From NCBI GenBank assembly GCA_965249555.1, contig OZ252243.1:1920001-1984000 (forward strand): 64,000 bases of DNA. The letters are read 5' to 3'. Position numbers and translations under genes: made by a program. Shown in pieces: positions 52,228-62,495 of this stretch (position 1 is its first letter; every line of letters starts with the position of its first letter). The DNA is from Nitrosopumilus sp. Its GTDB lineage: Archaea; Thermoproteota; Nitrososphaeria; Nitrososphaerales; Nitrosopumilaceae. The notes beneath the pieces were generated by a model that searched no databases, was not told where the DNA came from, and saw only the letters and a program-made list of their open reading frames with translations.

Positions 52228-52542
52228 TCAATCCTTTTCAAATCCTTTACTAACAAAGCCATTTGTTACATGCAAAAATGAGCCTAATCTCATGGCAGCC
52301 TCTTTAGAAGACAGTCTTTTAATGCGATCTTCAAGTTCCTGAATAGTCATTTCTCCTATTAGTTTGGTTTTATCCTCATCATCTCTATGATGAATATCCT
52401 CTAAGATGGTTACTAACTGAGAACGACAAATGTTCATGAGATGTCTCATCAAGATTAAACATAGGTCAGGTACCCCATCTTTAGCAGGTCTTTTAATAAC
52501 AAAATCACCACACAGATGGCAATTTGTTTTAAAATCACTCAT
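52228..52542 (-). CDS. Hypothetical protein
   Basis: 104-aa ORF with CHLCG. Confidence 0.5.
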   Translation of the reverse strand: MSDFKTNCHLCGDFVIKRPAKDGVPDLCLILMRHLMNICRSQLVTILEDIHHRDDEDKTKLIGEMTIQELEDRIKRLSSKEAAMRLGSFLHVTNGFVSKGFEKD

Positions 52543-52664
52543 GGTGATAATATTATAACCTCATCTGAAAATATGATCTACTTCTAGTCAAAGGGTGGTT
52601 TACTAGTATATCAATTAAAAAATTTCCAACAAGCTTAAATCTTCATGCTCATTCTTGAATTTAA

Positions 52665-53219
52665 ATGGGATTAGACGTTTTTGATGCTATCGCATTAACT
52701 ATTCATGCAAACAACGACGAAATCGTAAGTAAAACAACAATACAGAAATTAATTTACTTTCATACGGTTACAATCAAGAATTTAGACATTTCAAACTATA
52801 CTCATTATTTCTATGGCCCATTTAATCGAGAAGTATCAGCTGCATTAGAAGACATGTCTGAATTTTCATATATTGATCAAAATATTATTTCAGGATACTA
52901 TGAAACTTACAATTACAGGTTAACATATAACGGAATCAAATATGCTGAAACCGCAATGGAGAAATATTCTGATGAATTCAAAACAATTTCTAAAACTATC
53001 GAGATATGTAAAGAATACTGCGAACTAAAACCAACACCACTATCATATGCAGCAAAGGCACACTATATTTTAGCAAACTCAAAAGATCAATTTAAAGACA
53101 AATATTTAGCAGAAGATGTAAAAATAATTGCAAAAGATTTTGATTGGAATATTTCCACAGAAGATGCATTAACTGGACTCGCACTACTTCAAAACCTCAA
53201 CCTTGTCTCTACCTCATAG
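52665..53219 (+). CDS. YwgA/SocA (Panacea)-like winged-helix protein
   Basis: KTTIQKLIYF...FYGPFNREVSAAL...YRLT..G. Confidence 0.7.
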   Translation: MGLDVFDAIALTIHANNDEIVSKTTIQKLIYFHTVTIKNLDISNYTHYFYGPFNREVSAALEDMSEFSYIDQNIISGYYETYNYRLTYNGIKYAETAMEKYSDEFKTISKTIEICKEYCELKPTPLSYAAKAHYILANSKDQFKDKYLAEDVKIIAKDFDWNISTEDALTGLALLQNLNLVSTS

Positions 53220-53376
53220 TTATTTTAGGTCCAAAGCAATCAGAGATCCGCTTTATGGATTCATTGATCTTTCTGAATTAGAAACTAAAGTAATAGATAC
53301 TGAAATTTTTAGAAGGCTGCAGTTTATCAAACAACTTAAAAGACTGAAATCTTCAACAAATCTCCCAAAAGATTGA
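53203..53376 (+). pseudogene. Truncated HD-domain (YwfO/SAMHD1-like) phosphohydrolase
   Basis: Hand translation KAIRDPLYGFIDLSELETKVIDTEIFRRLQFIKQL, then breaks off. Confidence 0.8.
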
Positions 53377-53471
53377 TGGGTTTTAGAATCATTTACAATA
53401 ATTCCAATGTTAACAGGCTCGTTTCTTACTGGGTCTGGAATAAATCTTGCAACAACAAAACTATACGTCAT
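53253..53471 (-). pseudogene. Truncated DUF3037-like protein
   Basis: YSFVVARFIPDPVRNEPVNIGIIV N-terminal motif. Confidence 0.7.
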
Positions 53472-53550
53472 ATCTGTTACCTTTGATTACCGCCAAGTGG
53501 TAAATGGTCTCACAATTCTGCAAATTCATCAAAACTTTCATAGAAATTTA

Positions 53551-53933
53551 GAAGAGTGAATCTTTTGGAATTGTCCTTTACTCTGTCTTGCTGTATGCAT
53601 AGACATGTAACACGACAATAGGATGTGTGGTGCTAACTTCAATCTTCATTGATTTTATGTTAAATTGAATGATAAACTAGATCAATCATATTATTTACAT
53701 TTGTAGTAATTTAACATAAAATTATAAACAAATATTAGGATTATTTCAAGAAATACTTAAATCTAATTTCAGCATATATACACTGACGAGGAACTATCAG
53801 ACCTGTCGAAATTCAAAGAGAAAACTTTGAGGAGGTAGATAGATAGAAAAAAAGGAAAACACGAAAAAAGATGGAAGCATCTAAAATTCTAACATGTTTT
53901 CCAGTAACCTCGTTTCCTAATTCGTTATTTTTT
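53551..53933. ncRNA. Non-coding structured cassette, copy 2
   Basis: Homologous to 48208-48609. Confidence 0.7.
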
Positions 53934-54024
53934 GACAAACTTATATGAATATATTATAATCATAAATTTTTGTTTAAAGTATCCAATACATTTAATTTCT
54001 TTTCATGCGTATGCTATTCTACAC

Positions 54025-54402
54025 ATGTACAAATCAGTGAATCTTCTCGAATACAAATTATATCATAGAAAATGTGATTTATTATTACAAGAAACAGAAA
54101 TTAGATTTGCAGGATTCTTAGACACTATGGGTAATCTCATCGCTGGAGGATTCAGAGAAGGTGTAACACCACTTAATGATGAATCAGAAAGGATCAAACT
54201 TCATATGGAAACTCTTCTACGAGTAAAAACAGAACAAGACTTTGATTATGACTTGGGAACTGTCGAGTACTCTGTTTCACAAAGGAAAAAAGTTATCACA
54301 TTTACTTTTGCATTTGATAGTAAGGTACTATTTGTATCAACAGAAACAAATGTTGAAATCGAAAAGACTGCTCAAAAAATAATAAAAATTTGTAGTATTT
54401 GA
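54025..54402 (+). CDS. Roadblock-like protein (DUF6659-like)
   Basis: EIRFAGFLDTMGNLIAGG...FDYDLG. Confidence 0.7.
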   Translation: MYKSVNLLEYKLYHRKCDLLLQETEIRFAGFLDTMGNLIAGGFREGVTPLNDESERIKLHMETLLRVKTEQDFDYDLGTVEYSVSQRKKVITFTFAFDSKVLFVSTETNVEIEKTAQKIIKICSI

Positions 54403-54426
54403 TTTAAAGTTGATAAATATTTTATT

Positions 54427-54732
54427 CTAGTCTCCACATACTTTTCCAAATTTTTCATAAAATTGTTTTACATCTTCAATGTTATCTAAGACTTGGTTGA
54501 TATTTGTATCTGGAAATCTATTATCAAACCATTCTTTGTATTTTAAATCATTAGCATACATGTCATTATAATATTGACCTCCTTTACTACTATTATAGAC
54601 ACATAATGTGAAATCATCTATCTGTCTTAACTCTGGATTTGCACTCTCAATTTGCTCAATTGCCTGATTTACTTCATCAAGTTTATTTTGTATTTCTGAT
54701 AAAGTATCTGGCAGAGACTGTTTCATCATCAA
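54427..54732 (-). CDS. Hypothetical protein (hydrophobic N-terminal part possibly upstream in another frame)
   Basis: 101-aa ORF. Confidence 0.45.
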   Translation of the reverse strand: MMMKQSLPDTLSEIQNKLDEVNQAIEQIESANPELRQIDDFTLCVYNSSKGGQYYNDMYANDLKYKEWFDNRFPDTNINQVLDNIEDVKQFYEKFGKVCGD

Positions 54733-55113
54733 TATCTGAAACCATTTTTTCCATAGATGCTAAAGTCATTATTGTTCCTGTTGCAATAATTACGATCACA
54801 GCAATGATTACAATAATTATGATCGGTTTCACATGTTTTCTACATTAACCTAAGAATTAAGAATTACAAGATATTCGTGCTTCATAATTCGGCAAACTCA
54901 TCATAAATAAGAGGAATCAGAGAGAACACCTTGGTATAATCATCAGCATATCTGCTGGAATTCTCAAATTATAAAACGCTTTGAAAAAAATAAAATCATG
55001 CTCTATTTGATCGCAATTAATCTAGGCACAAATTACAAAAATTTCTTTAAGTAGAGTGTAATTATTTTTCATTCTGATTTTTTATCTCGAGTACAATTCT
55101 AACCATTTCATCG

Positions 55114-55214
55114 AGTCAGGAGTACCTCGCGGTGTTATCTGGAAGGGCCCAATGCTCACATAAACTAGTTAATGCGTAACAGAGCCTCCAAACTAAGGAG
55201 ACTGACTTTTTTTT
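55114..55214 (+). ncRNA. Candidate structured small RNA
   Basis: AGTCAG/CTGACT closing stem, GCTC/GAGC and CTCC/GGAG arms, T-tract after, TATA-like sequence ~30 nt upstream. Confidence 0.5.
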
Positions 55215-55284
55215 AGATCAAAAATTATTGTTAGGGTAATCTTTGTTCTAGGTTTATTTGTCTCCTATAAAGTAACTACTATTA

Positions 55285-56412
55285 GTGAACGTGAAGATTA
55301 TCGTAATTGCATTATCTGTAGTAATGCTGGGAACATTTGTTTTCCCTACTTTTGCACAGCAGTTCAAAGAACCAAATTATGATATACGTGGGGGAACCAT
55401 TTTGGGCTTTGAGATCGATTCTGAATCCACATCGCTAATAATCGCACTTGATGCTAGAGCCCGTGGAGAATTAATCATAACACTGCCTCGGAATTTAATT
55501 GATGCAAGAACTGGTTCTGAGGATATTAATTTTGAAATCTTTGTTAGTGGTTTGAAACTTAGTTCATATGATGAAGAAATAACATCTTTTGATAGAACAG
55601 TTACAATTCCATTCAAACGATCAAACAATGAATTAATAATAACTGGAACAAAAATTTTCAACCAAGTATCAACTACTCCAATTACTAAACCACAACAAAT
55701 AGAGCAAATAATAGAATCTGAATTAAGAAAAGAAATTCCTGAAGGTAATGCAAAACTCTTGATATTCTCTGATACCCAATGGTCTGGTGCAATGGAATCA
55801 TCGAGTTTTGAATATGCCGAAATAGCTGGTCAAGGTGATAAGAGTGTCATTTTTGGGTGTGAATCCTCCTTTGGTCGTCAGGGAGTTTTTGGTGCAAAAA
55901 TTGAAAAATTAACACAAGATGGTTATGTGCGACTTGTTGTAATACAGAATCAAGAAATATTATCTCAGGGAACAACTGTGGCAGAATTTGGTGATGTACT
56001 AATCAATGGTAATTGTTTTTCAAGTTTTAGTGCTGCTCCTGGTGGAGGATGTTTAATTGCAACTGCAACATATGGTACAGAACTAGCACCACAAGTACAA
56101 CAACTACGAGAACTTAGAGATAATCAGTTACTCCAAACAGAATTAGGAACATCCTTTACAGAATCATTTAACGAATTTTACTATTCTTTTTCACCAATTA
56201 TAGCAGACTATGAACGTGAAAATCCTGTTTTCAAAGAAATGGTCAGACTAGCAATTACCCCCTTGATTTCATCACTATCAATTTTGAATTATGTTGATAT
56301 GGATTCAGAAGAATCAGTGCTAGGTTATGGAATTTCATTGATTCTACTAAATATTGGAATGTATGTTGGAATTCCAGCTGTAGTGATTGTTGGGATTAGA
56401 AAAAGATTCTAA
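55285..56412 (+). CDS. Secreted CFI-box-CTERM domain protein
   Basis: Signal peptide; GGGCLIATATYG...VQQLRELRD; C-terminal TM. Confidence 0.85.
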   Translation: MNVKIIVIALSVVMLGTFVFPTFAQQFKEPNYDIRGGTILGFEIDSESTSLIIALDARARGELIITLPRNLIDARTGSEDINFEIFVSGLKLSSYDEEITSFDRTVTIPFKRSNNELIITGTKIFNQVSTTPITKPQQIEQIIESELRKEIPEGNAKLLIFSDTQWSGAMESSSFEYAEIAGQGDKSVIFGCESSFGRQGVFGAKIEKLTQDGYVRLVVIQNQEILSQGTTVAEFGDVLINGNCFSSFSAAPGGGCLIATATYGTELAPQVQQLRELRDNQLLQTELGTSFTESFNEFYYSFSPIIADYERENPVFKEMVRLAITPLISSLSILNYVDMDSEESVLGYGISLILLNIGMYVGIPAVVIVGIRKRF

Positions 56413-56484
56413 AACATCCAGTTATCCTGAAAAAATCACCATACCATAGTATAATTATACCTAATACCTAGTGAATAGTGTAAT

Positions 56485-57345
56485 TTGTCTAGATATGAAA
56501 ACCCCAAAATCAATGTGAATATGGGAGCAGCCAAAGGAGTTATGATTGGCATTGTTGTATTAATTATAATTGGAGTAGTAATTGCTTCTGCAGTCCAAAT
56601 TGTAGATGCAGGACATAGAGGTGTTTTGCTACACTGGAACGCAGTTGATCTTAACGTTCAACCATTAACTGAAGGGCTGCACTTTGTAATGCCATTTGCA
56701 GACTCTGTGGTTCAAATGGAAATTAGAACATTGAAATTTGTAAAGGCGACATCATCTGCTTCAAAAGACCTTCAGACAGTATCCACTGAAATCACAGTAA
56801 ACTATCATCCTGCCCCCAACTCTGTTAATAAATTATTCCAATCAGTAGGATTAGACTATGAAAATAGAATAATCACGCCAACTGTCGAGGAAGTTGTAAA
56901 ACAAGTTACTGCAAACTATAACGCAGAAGAATTAATCACAAAAAGACCTCAAGTAAAGTCAGACATTGAAGCAGAAATTAATACCCGTTTAACTAAATTC
57001 GATATAGTTACAGAAATTGTATCAATTACTGACTTTCAATTTTCAACATTATTTGCTCAAGCCATTGAATCAAAAGTAGAGGCAGAGCAAAAGGCATTCA
57101 AAGCAGAAAATGATCTTAAAAGAATTGAGGTAGAGGCAAGACAACATGCAGCGCAGGCCGAAGGTATTGCTGCAGCAAACATTGCACAAGCAAATGGTGA
57201 AGCCACAGCAATTAGAATCATCAATGAAGCACTCTCATCTAATCCACAATATTTGGAATGGCTAAAAACACAACAATGGGATGGAAAATTACCTCTTGTA
57301 GTTGGTGAAGGTGGAACACCATTTATTGCAATACCCACTCAATAA
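56485..57345 (+). CDS. SPFH/prohibitin family protein
   Basis: VDAGHRGV, EGLHF, SKDLQ, AIESKVEAEQ. Confidence 0.92.
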   Translation: MSRYENPKINVNMGAAKGVMIGIVVLIIIGVVIASAVQIVDAGHRGVLLHWNAVDLNVQPLTEGLHFVMPFADSVVQMEIRTLKFVKATSSASKDLQTVSTEITVNYHPAPNSVNKLFQSVGLDYENRIITPTVEEVVKQVTANYNAEELITKRPQVKSDIEAEINTRLTKFDIVTEIVSITDFQFSTLFAQAIESKVEAEQKAFKAENDLKRIEVEARQHAAQAEGIAAANIAQANGEATAIRIINEALSSNPQYLEWLKTQQWDGKLPLVVGEGGTPFIAIPTQ

Positions 57346-57363
57346 TTTAATTAAAATTTTAAA

Positions 57364-57669
57364 CTAATTCTTTTTTTCAGTATTTGATTTGTCTCTGGTT
57401 GCATCATACATTGAAAGAAATTGATCAGGCTCATGTTGTCTGTAACGTTTTTGAAGTTTTGATATTTCTTTATCTGAAATTTTCTCGCCCTTACTTGCGT
57501 GAAATTCTTTTATGATTTGAAATTGGGTTTTTTTAATATTGAATTCTTTTAGAGTGGCATTCACTGATCTATTACACATAATATCCTTAATTAGAAAACG
57601 ATATACCAAATAGCCTGAGATTCCTACAATGGAAACTATTGTTAGTGGTATAATGATAAAAATTACCAT
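57364..57669 (-). CDS. Membrane-anchored hypothetical protein
   Basis: N-terminal TM helix. Confidence 0.6.
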   Translation of the reverse strand: MVIFIIIPLTIVSIVGISGYLVYRFLIKDIMCNRSVNATLKEFNIKKTQFQIIKEFHASKGEKISDKEISKLQKRYRQHEPDQFLSMYDATRDKSNTEKKN

Positions 57670-57823
57670 ACTTTTTTACTGATTTACTTGGTATTTCATT
57701 GTATTTATTGCAAATAATTTGAGGCTAGAATTATTTTTTTTTAATTACTAAATAATTAGATGAAGCTAATTAGTTTGATCTAATTTTCATACAGTTTAAA
57801 TCAATTATTGATAATATTTCTAT

Positions 57824-58000
57824 ATGAAAAGTAGTTCATGCAGAATGTGTGGCGAAGAATTAGAAGTAAAGAAAAAATGTGATATTTGCAATCAAGCTAA
57901 TCAGTTTTTTTGTCATAGTTGTGGACATGTAACTGAAGAACAAATTCATAATCAGTGTACAATGGTAAGTTTTGGTCATACATTGCTTAATCTAACATAG
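57824..58000 (+). CDS. Small zinc-ribbon protein (58 aa, not in ORF track)
   Basis: Hand translation: CRMCG, CDIC, CHSC, HNQC. Confidence 0.7.
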   Translation: MKSSSCRMCGEELEVKKKCDICNQANQFFCHSCGHVTEEQIHNQCTMVSFGHTLLNLT

Positions 58001-58015
58001 AAAATATTTTTTAAA

Positions 58016-58366
58016 TTATTCATTCCATATTGGCTGTGTTTTAAGCCATGCAATCAAATCTACATATAATTTACTCTTTTGCATGCTTAATGCAGCAATT
58101 TCAAGATTAGTTGATGATTTGACAGTTTTTGTATATTTTTCATATTTTGAAAAAACTATCTTATCTAGATACATCTCGTTTTGCATCTCTTTTTTTGCCA
58201 ACTCTTCAGATTCACTCATGGCGAAACTTGCAAATAAAACCCCATCAACCCAATATGTTGTACTAGCTTCTAATGAAGACATCATTCCTATGAGATCATC
58301 TAGGCTTAGTTTTATCATATCTCGAACAAAAATTCGATCATATGGTTTATGGATAAACTCTGTCAT
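58016..58366 (-). CDS. Hypothetical protein
   Basis: 116-aa ORF. Confidence 0.6.
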   Translation of the reverse strand: MTEFIHKPYDRIFVRDMIKLSLDDLIGMMSSLEASTTYWVDGVLFASFAMSESEELAKKEMQNEMYLDKIVFSKYEKYTKTVKSSTNLEIAALSMQKSKLYVDLIAWLKTQPIWNE

Positions 58367-58435
58367 GAAATTTGTTTTTTATAGAGTTTAATGAACATTT
58401 GGAAATTTAATAACTAGTTTTTTAGAAATCATCTC

Positions 58436-58672
58436 ATGACTGAAAAACCTAATGATTCCTCTGGGTATGATCTGTTTGTAACAGAATTTCCAAAAAAGGG
58501 TCTTGGCATAATTGATTATCTTCAAGGCAGAGTCCATTTTGCTTTACTTGATCAAATGAAATTAATGACAACATCTGGAATGACACAAGCAAAAATTAAG
58601 GAAACGATTATTGCTAATGTGAATGAAATAATAGAAAACTTTGATCCACAAAAAGAATCAAAAAGTCATTGA
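58436..58672 (+). CDS. Hypothetical protein
   Basis: 78-aa ORF. Confidence 0.55.
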   Translation: MTEKPNDSSGYDLFVTEFPKKGLGIIDYLQGRVHFALLDQMKLMTTSGMTQAKIKETIIANVNEIIENFDPQKESKSH

Positions 58673-58808
58673 TTTCATTTTTGCTGATTCTGCCATGATG
58701 ATTTTGTGGCATTTACAATAGCAGTTAGTATGTGGCATATCGTTATCGTTTCTGTATTTGCATTCTTTTGTGTGCTCAATCATTGACAATTTTTAGACTC
58801 ATGTTGTG

Positions 58809-59201
58809 TTATGCTAAAGTTGGGTCACGGCTCAGTATGTTTAGTATGTGCTCAACAATCTGTTTTTGACCTCCGCTATGAAGGTCTGTTCGTACTTGAT
58901 CAGAACCCAAACTAACAAAAATTAGATTGTCTTCTCCTAGAGGAAAAGTCATTCTTGTAATCTTTTCAAATGCTGCTATTGCATACAATCCCTTTCCAAT
59001 TTTTGGACTCAATCCCTTTCTTCCTTTCCATGCACTAGCTGCTCTTTTGAGCGAGGATTCAGTCTCTTCTGGAGATAAATAATTTGCAACCTCTGGACGA
59101 TGATTTGTGGCAAGTATATTTCCTTCAATATCTGCAATTATACTGTGTCTGATGTTAGGGTCTGAGTCCATTATCTTCTTTAACAGATTTCGGAAATTCA
59201 T
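58809..59201 (-). CDS. Roadblock-like protein (DUF6659-like)
   Basis: DPNIRHSIIADIEGNIL...KIGKGLYAIAAFEKITRMTFP. Confidence 0.65.
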   Translation of the reverse strand: MNFRNLLKKIMDSDPNIRHSIIADIEGNILATNHRPEVANYLSPEETESSLKRAASAWKGRKGLSPKIGKGLYAIAAFEKITRMTFPLGEDNLIFVSLGSDQVRTDLHSGGQKQIVEHILNILSRDPTLA

Positions 59202-59631
59202 CTTATCTTCTATGGTTGTATATTACTTAAGGGATCTCCAAATTTTCACTTTAAAAAAAATTCCTTTAATGAATATCATGAATTAAAAAATAATCACCTT
59301 CTAAATTTCTAAGGTAATTCATTACTGTTTTTTGATTTTTCTTTACACCAGCAGTTAGGACTGCATTCAGAGGTAAAATCTGACATTTTATTCATCTGAA
59401 ATGAGCCAAGAAAGCCCAATTACTTCTTCCCATGATGGTTGATAATTTTTATTTTGCATGCTTTAGTTTGTTAAATTTTCTATTTAACAAATGTGAATGA
59501 TTCATCAGTATCAATGATATGAACAATTCAGTAGTGATTCTTTATATTGAATTTCAATTATTTTTAGTACCCGACCATAAATGGTGATGATTCAAACTTC
59601 CATGAGTTTTGAATCTCATCATTTTCTAATT

Positions 59632-60108
59632 CTAACTAAGTAAATTTGCAGTTTTTTCATAAAAAAATTCCTGCTTTTTCAAATCTTTTTCAGAAATAGT
59701 CCTGCATTTTCTCATAGGAACCAGTCTAGAAATTTGTTCATATGTACTCATATCTATGATGTCTGCAGCATACGCAATTTGCAAGAGTGGTGGTCTCTCT
59801 TCAATCATTGGTTTTACTTGCTCATATCCGCTGCTTTGTTTCATTCCTGTTCTGAATAATCCAATATGCTTATCACTTTTCGATATTTGGGGATCTTGGT
59901 AACAACAAATTGCATATTCATCCTCCTCTTTTTCAATAATTGTTAATCTGGTGAATCTCTCACTCCAGTCTTCAATCTCTTTGGCAATAGAAATGGCCTC
60001 TTTTTTATCCTCAAATACGGTTGTAACAACAAATCTATCTTTTTCATATGCCCATGAAATTCCAAAATTTACATGCCAATCAATTTCAAATGTCATGTAT
60101 TTGATCAA
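59632..60108 (-). CDS. Hypothetical protein
   Basis: 158-aa ORF. Confidence 0.6.
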   Translation of the reverse strand: MIKYMTFEIDWHVNFGISWAYEKDRFVVTTVFEDKKEAISIAKEIEDWSERFTRLTIIEKEEDEYAICCYQDPQISKSDKHIGLFRTGMKQSSGYEQVKPMIEERPPLLQIAYAADIIDMSTYEQISRLVPMRKCRTISEKDLKKQEFFYEKTANLLS

Positions 60109-60165
60109 AAAATTAACAAATTAATGCTTTCGAATTTTATTTATACATATTATACAAAAAAAGAA

Positions 60166-60303
60166 TTAAGGTATGGTTGATAATGGCATCATTTCACAAT
60201 CACACTTTTCTCTTTTTCCGCAATATGGACAATTACAGTCACAATAAAGCAATGCCACTCCGCATGATCCGCACTTTGTGTATTCCGCAAAATCATCTCT
60301 CAT
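60166..60303 (-). CDS. Cys-rich 45-aa peptide
   Basis: Hand translation MRDDFAEYTKCGSCGVALLYCDCNCPYCGKREKCDCEMMPLSTIP. Confidence 0.65.
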   Translation of the reverse strand: MRDDFAEYTKCGSCGVALLYCDCNCPYCGKREKCDCEMMPLSTIP

Positions 60304-60512
60304 TACACTTACCTCACATGTCTTCTTATGGTAAACAAAATTGATAAGTTACATGTTGAAATTATAAAAATTAGTTTTATTTTTACATGTTAATTAAACA
60401 AATGTTTGAAGAATGATGCAAATTTCTTTTATATCTTGAGGCTGACATAATACTGACGCCTTCGTTTAGTGGTCTAGGCATGCTATAAACGATCACTACT
60501 CCAAGACGTCGC

Positions 60513-60662
60513 TTAATCATGTTTTTTTAATAATGCTTCTTCAGGTGTTTTTTCTTTGTTTGATTCCCAATGCCAACTGTGATGTTTTTTCCAATGTTTA
60601 TCTGATTCTTCAGTAGTTGGTTCTTTTCCAAGTGGGCTTCCACACAATTTACACTGTTTCAT
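60513..60662 (-). CDS. Small C2H2-like protein (49 aa)
   Basis: Hand translation MKQCKLCG...HWKKHH. Confidence 0.6.
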   Translation of the reverse strand: MKQCKLCGSPLGKEPTTEESDKHWKKHHSWHWESNKEKTPEEALLKKHD

Positions 60663-60779
60663 TTTTTGAATCCTTGGGTTTTCTCTTTTTTGGTTTAATT
60701 ATAGGATGACATTGTACAGGAAAATTTTCATCATTATCCATTTACTAGAGTTGTAAGTTGTACAAAATTAAGAGTTTGG

Positions 60780-61118
60780 TTATTTTCTTTTTTTCTTAAA
60801 GGATCTGAATTTTTCTCTCTTCCTTTTTCTTTCTAAATTCATAATAGAATATGTATTTCCAATTTCACAAAGTTTCATTTCCCCTGTAAATTCATCATGG
60901 GTTGCCTCTAGTGAACTCTTAGACAATAACTCTCCTATGATATCCCATGATTTGCTTTCTGAAATTTCAAATTTATACGGAATTGTTGAAGCTTTGGTAA
61001 AAAAACCACTCTTTGAATTCCTTAAAATAAATAATTCAATTTTTTGCTCTATGCTCAAAGAAGGTTCTCTCTTTTTGAATTTTCTAAATGGTTTTCTTTC
61101 TGACAATGTTTTTTCCAA
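60780..61118 (-). CDS. Basic hypothetical protein
   Basis: 112-aa ORF. Confidence 0.55.
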   Translation of the reverse strand: MEKTLSERKPFRKFKKREPSLSIEQKIELFILRNSKSGFFTKASTIPYKFEISESKSWDIIGELLSKSSLEATHDEFTGEMKLCEIGNTYSIMNLERKRKREKFRSFKKKRK

Positions 61119-61141
61119 TATTTTCTAGTATTTTAGCTAAA

Positions 61142-61732
61142 TTATTTGGAATGCAATGTATCTGGATCGTTATTTCCAGGCAAATATTTGTCTCCAAGAT
61201 TGAATTTCATTTTTTCATCAAATTCTTCTTGAAGTCTTGTAAGATAGATTTCAGCTTCTGTCTCGTCTTCTGGAATTCCTGTATCTACATCATAATTGAA
61301 ACCAGTTGCTAAATGATAAAATTCCTCAAAGAATTCTTTACAATCAATAACATCTGCCTTGGTATCTACTGACATTACCAAAAAATCATTTTCTATTCTA
61401 AAGTTGAGACAAATCTCTTCATCAATCATAGTATCTGCCAAAACTGCCATCAGATATGGCATATATTGTCCCTCTAACTTGTCTTGTCCTTTATTTGCAA
61501 TCCATAATTCATTACCGTCTGATAAATAATCAAAAGTTCTGACTATCAAATCCCTGATATCTGAATCAGGGTATGCTAGTTTTGAATTCCATGATTCTGT
61601 ACTATACTGCTCTGGCTCTACATACAATACATCAAATCTCAAATTTTCGTTTAGTTGTTCAAATTCCCATACCTGTTTGTTGGTCCATATGGGTGAAAAT
61701 TTTTCTATTAATTTTTTTGTTATTTGATTCAA
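61142..61732 (-). CDS. Acidic hypothetical protein
   Basis: 196-aa ORF. Confidence 0.6.
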   Translation of the reverse strand: MNQITKKLIEKFSPIWTNKQVWEFEQLNENLRFDVLYVEPEQYSTESWNSKLAYPDSDIRDLIVRTFDYLSDGNELWIANKGQDKLEGQYMPYLMAVLADTMIDEEICLNFRIENDFLVMSVDTKADVIDCKEFFEEFYHLATGFNYDVDTGIPEDETEAEIYLTRLQEEFDEKMKFNLGDKYLPGNNDPDTLHSK

Positions 61733-61773
61733 TAATTATTTCTTATCTACCTGTTGTTTAATCTTATCCTGAA

Positions 61774-61980
61774 TTAATTATTAATTCCTGATTTAAGAAA
61801 TTCTAGTGTACATTCTGCAAGTTCTTTGCCAGAGTGTTTTTTGATTTTATGTTTACAATTAGGACAAATGCCTTTCTCTTCTTCTGCAAATTCTTCTCCT
61901 ACTTGTTTCATGCAACACTCCATTAATTCTGTTGTTGAATGGGATTCCATTGCAAGCTTGCAAGTTGGACATTCTGTCAT
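61774..61980 (-). CDS. Small protein with duplicated CxxC-x5-H-x7-C motif
   Basis: CPTCKLAMESHSTTELMEC and CPNCKHKIKKHSGKELAEC. Confidence 0.65.
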   Translation of the reverse strand: MTECPTCKLAMESHSTTELMECCMKQVGEEFAEEEKGICPNCKHKIKKHSGKELAECTLEFLKSGINN

Positions 61981-62495
61981 ATTTTTCTGTATTAACTGTT
62001 AATAATATATATTTCATTTTTTAAAAATTTCAATATAAATATATCAAAATTTCAAAATAAATTACGATGTATATGTAATAATGATGTAGTTTTTGAAATA
62101 ATAGATGAGATTGGATGTGATCATGGATCTCATGTTGTAATTCAATGCCCTCATTGTGAAGAACTTTTTACAGTAGACAAAAAGTGTTCTGCGTTTCAAA
62201 ATATTTTTGAATTGTTAAAAAATAACCCTGAATTATCACCTGAACAAGAAAAATCAGATTACTTGTCAAATTCTCACTTGTTTTGAAAATTTTGGCCACA
62301 GATGAATTGGTAACCAATGCCGTATTGAGATTACCAACATCCCTTCAACATTATGGCAATGTTTTCTCTCTAAATTAACTCTTAAAATAAAAAAAGTATG
62401 TTAAAATTGATTCAAGTAATCAAAAAATTCAATCCAGCCTAGGTTCCATCATTTTGATAGAAAGTTTTAGTTATCAATGTATTCTTGTTTGATTA

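Noticed and set aside
53783-53811. CTGACGAG...GAAA as a hammerhead ribozyme core
   Set aside because: No convincing stem II, and the homologous copy at 48434 lacks CTGA
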